From Candidatus Heimdallarchaeota archaeon (lineage in GTDB: Archaea; Asgardarchaeota; Wukongarchaeia; Wukongarchaeales; JBHIFL01), in assembly GCA_046761065.1 (NCBI GenBank), contig JBHIFL010000055.1, positions 1 through 27,181 of the forward strand: a DNA stretch of 27,181 nucleotides, given 5' to 3'. The position numbers were made by a program, and so were the translations under genes. Numbering within the stretch: position 1 is the stretch's first letter; each line of letters opens with the position of its first letter. Below are positions 25,722 to 27,181 of the stretch, piece after piece. The notes under the pieces are model-generated. The model was not told where the DNA came from and did not search any database. It saw nothing but the letters and a program-made list of their open reading frames with translations.

Positions 25722-27181
25722 TTGAAAAAACAAATGGGATTTATCACAAGTCTTTGTGTAATACTCCTAGTCTTTACTTCAGCCTCAAATCCAGCGCTTG
25801 CAGCAACGACTATTGAAGAACTTGGACATTCTTGGGACAACGCTTACTTAGCCATAGTTGCTGATGTGAATCAGCCAAAAGACGAGTCCATTCACTTAGT
25901 GGCGGATCTCACTCCTGAGACAGCTCACACAATAACCCCCCAACCGGATATAAATGCAGCAATTAACAACCAGTTCTTCTTTTCATACATTAACCAGAGC
26001 GGGATGGAAGTGGGATACCTCGCCCTCGAAAGATTAGCCAAAACCACGTTTATACAATACAATAGAACCGCACCGTTCCAAGCCCTCTTCACTCACTTTA
26101 CGAATGATGCTGGAACCGATGTGTTCGTCGTTGTTAACTTTGATGGTCTCCTCGCGTACAGTGGAGGGGGAAGGCATCGCGGAGTGCTCGATCCAGATGA
26201 CGAAATCTTTCTTGGATTAACTTTTGGAGGTCAAGGGCTCGCCGATCTACTTTCCGCGTTTTTAGTGAATAATGGCTTGGAGCCATTACCCCATTGGAAT
26301 GTGACACCTTTCTTTGAATACAATGAAACAGATGGAAGTTTCAGCTTTGGGATGACCTATCACAACTTGCTCGTCAGTTGGCTGTCTCTCACTAGTGAAA
26401 ACCAAGACTACGATAAGCTTGGCCAGGAGTTGGCGGGTCCCCAGTTGAGGGCAATAAGTCTCTTTGATAATGTAACCTTCCGTTATGATCTCTCATTTGA
26501 AACGGACGCCTCAGGGTTAACTATGGCGAGAATCGCAGCAAACTACGATTTTGGCAGTACTGATATCATTGCGATTGGGTATCAAAACGATCCAGAGGTA
26601 GACGATCGGGAAGAGAAAGCGAAAACACGCCTTGAGAAGGTGCGAGACGACAAAAAGCTCACAGGAGAAGTCAAAAATATAGAACTAACTCCTAACAACC
26701 TTGAGGAGCATAGTGCTGTGATGATATATACTGACGATCTTGCGAAGCTGCGAATTCATGGACCACTAGACGAAACTCCAGGATTTGGCTTAGCAGTGGT
26801 CAATAGTGCAATAATTATTACCGTTGGCGATTATATTATTGAAAAAGATGGAAAAGCCCTCGATCCCACAACGGCTGGAGACGTTGGCAGCGTTACAATG
26901 GTTGTTGACGGTAAGAAGACCTTCGAGTCGGATTATAAGACGAAAGGTGATTATTCAATAGTTTGGGCAAACGGTACTAGTCGAGAAGATATTCCAGTGT
27001 TTAATACTATTATTCCAGCAGGAAGGCGGGGGTTCAATGCCCCATATTTCATCCTCCAGCGCCTTATCTTGGCACCTTGGTTGTTAGGAATAGCGAAAGA
27101 TCTCAGAAAACAACAAACAACCACAGAACAAGTAACTGTAGAGCATTACTTCATTGCTTCAATGTTCCCATTTTGGAGTGG
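25722..27181 (+). CDS. Secreted/cell-surface glycoprotein, uncharacterised (partial, at least 486 aa)
   Basis: Not in the ORF track. Open from TTG 25722 (GGGTG RBS) to the window end without a stop. Signal peptide MKKQMGFITSLCVILLVFTSASNPALA. Six N-x-S/T sequons. Ends ...SMFPFWS. Confidence 0.85.
   Translation, partial: MKKQMGFITSLCVILLVFTSASNPALAATTIEELGHSWDNAYLAIVADVNQPKDESIHLVADLTPETAHTITPQPDINAAINNQFFFSYINQSGMEVGYLALERLAKTTFIQYNRTAPFQALFTHFTNDAGTDVFVVVNFDGLLAYSGGGRHRGVLDPDDEIFLGLTFGGQGLADLLSAFLVNNGLEPLPHWNVTPFFEYNETDGSFSFGMTYHNLLVSWLSLTSENQDYDKLGQELAGPQLRAISLFDNVTFRYDLSFETDASGLTMARIAANYDFGSTDIIAIGYQNDPEVDDREEKAKTRLEKVRDDKKLTGEVKNIELTPNNLEEHSAVMIYTDDLAKLRIHGPLDETPGFGLAVVNSAIIITVGDYIIEKDGKALDPTTAGDVGSVTMVVDGKKTFESDYKTKGDYSIVWANGTSREDIPVFNTIIPAGRRGFNAPYFILQRLILAPWLLGIAKDLRKQQTTTEQVTVEHYFIASMFPFWS

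Noticed and set aside
1-27181. CRISPR array, tRNA, rRNA or riboswitch (TPP, cobalamin)
   Set aside because: No regularly spaced repeats, cloverleaf or recognisable riboswitch consensus was seen by eye. A covariance-model search would be needed to exclude them fully.

Overview
Archaeal-style DNA, with BRE/TATA-like promoters, GGAGG/GGTGA ribosome-binding sites and frequent GTG/TTG starts. A Roadblock-like protein, a SNAP/TPR-like protein and an Asgard-type secreted protein suggest an Asgard archaeon (inference). The centrepiece (about 3.2-10.5 kb) is a corrinoid-dependent methyl-transfer cluster: two tandem pyrrolysine-free MttB-superfamily methyltransferases, a corrinoid protein, a divergent stand-alone MtrH/MtgA-type methyltransferase, a short 'core' MetE-type methionine synthase and a QueG-like Fe-S protein. 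No RamA/RACE activator is visible. Next comes an APC permease + nucleotidyltransferase + metallophosphoesterase trio of unknown function. The rest holds two MFS transporters, a ferritin-like protein, a decayed patch (IS1-like remnant, MFS fragment), an AbrB/VapC toxin-antitoxin pair, ArgF and a second atypical transcarbamylase, a prenol-kinase/TMK-like pair, and an orphan ABC ATPase with a permease relic beside ThiR. Two window-edge genes are missing from the ORF track: a probable TnpB-like N-terminus at the left and a secreted glycoprotein of at least 486 aa at the right. All calls come from reading motifs by eye; no database search was run.
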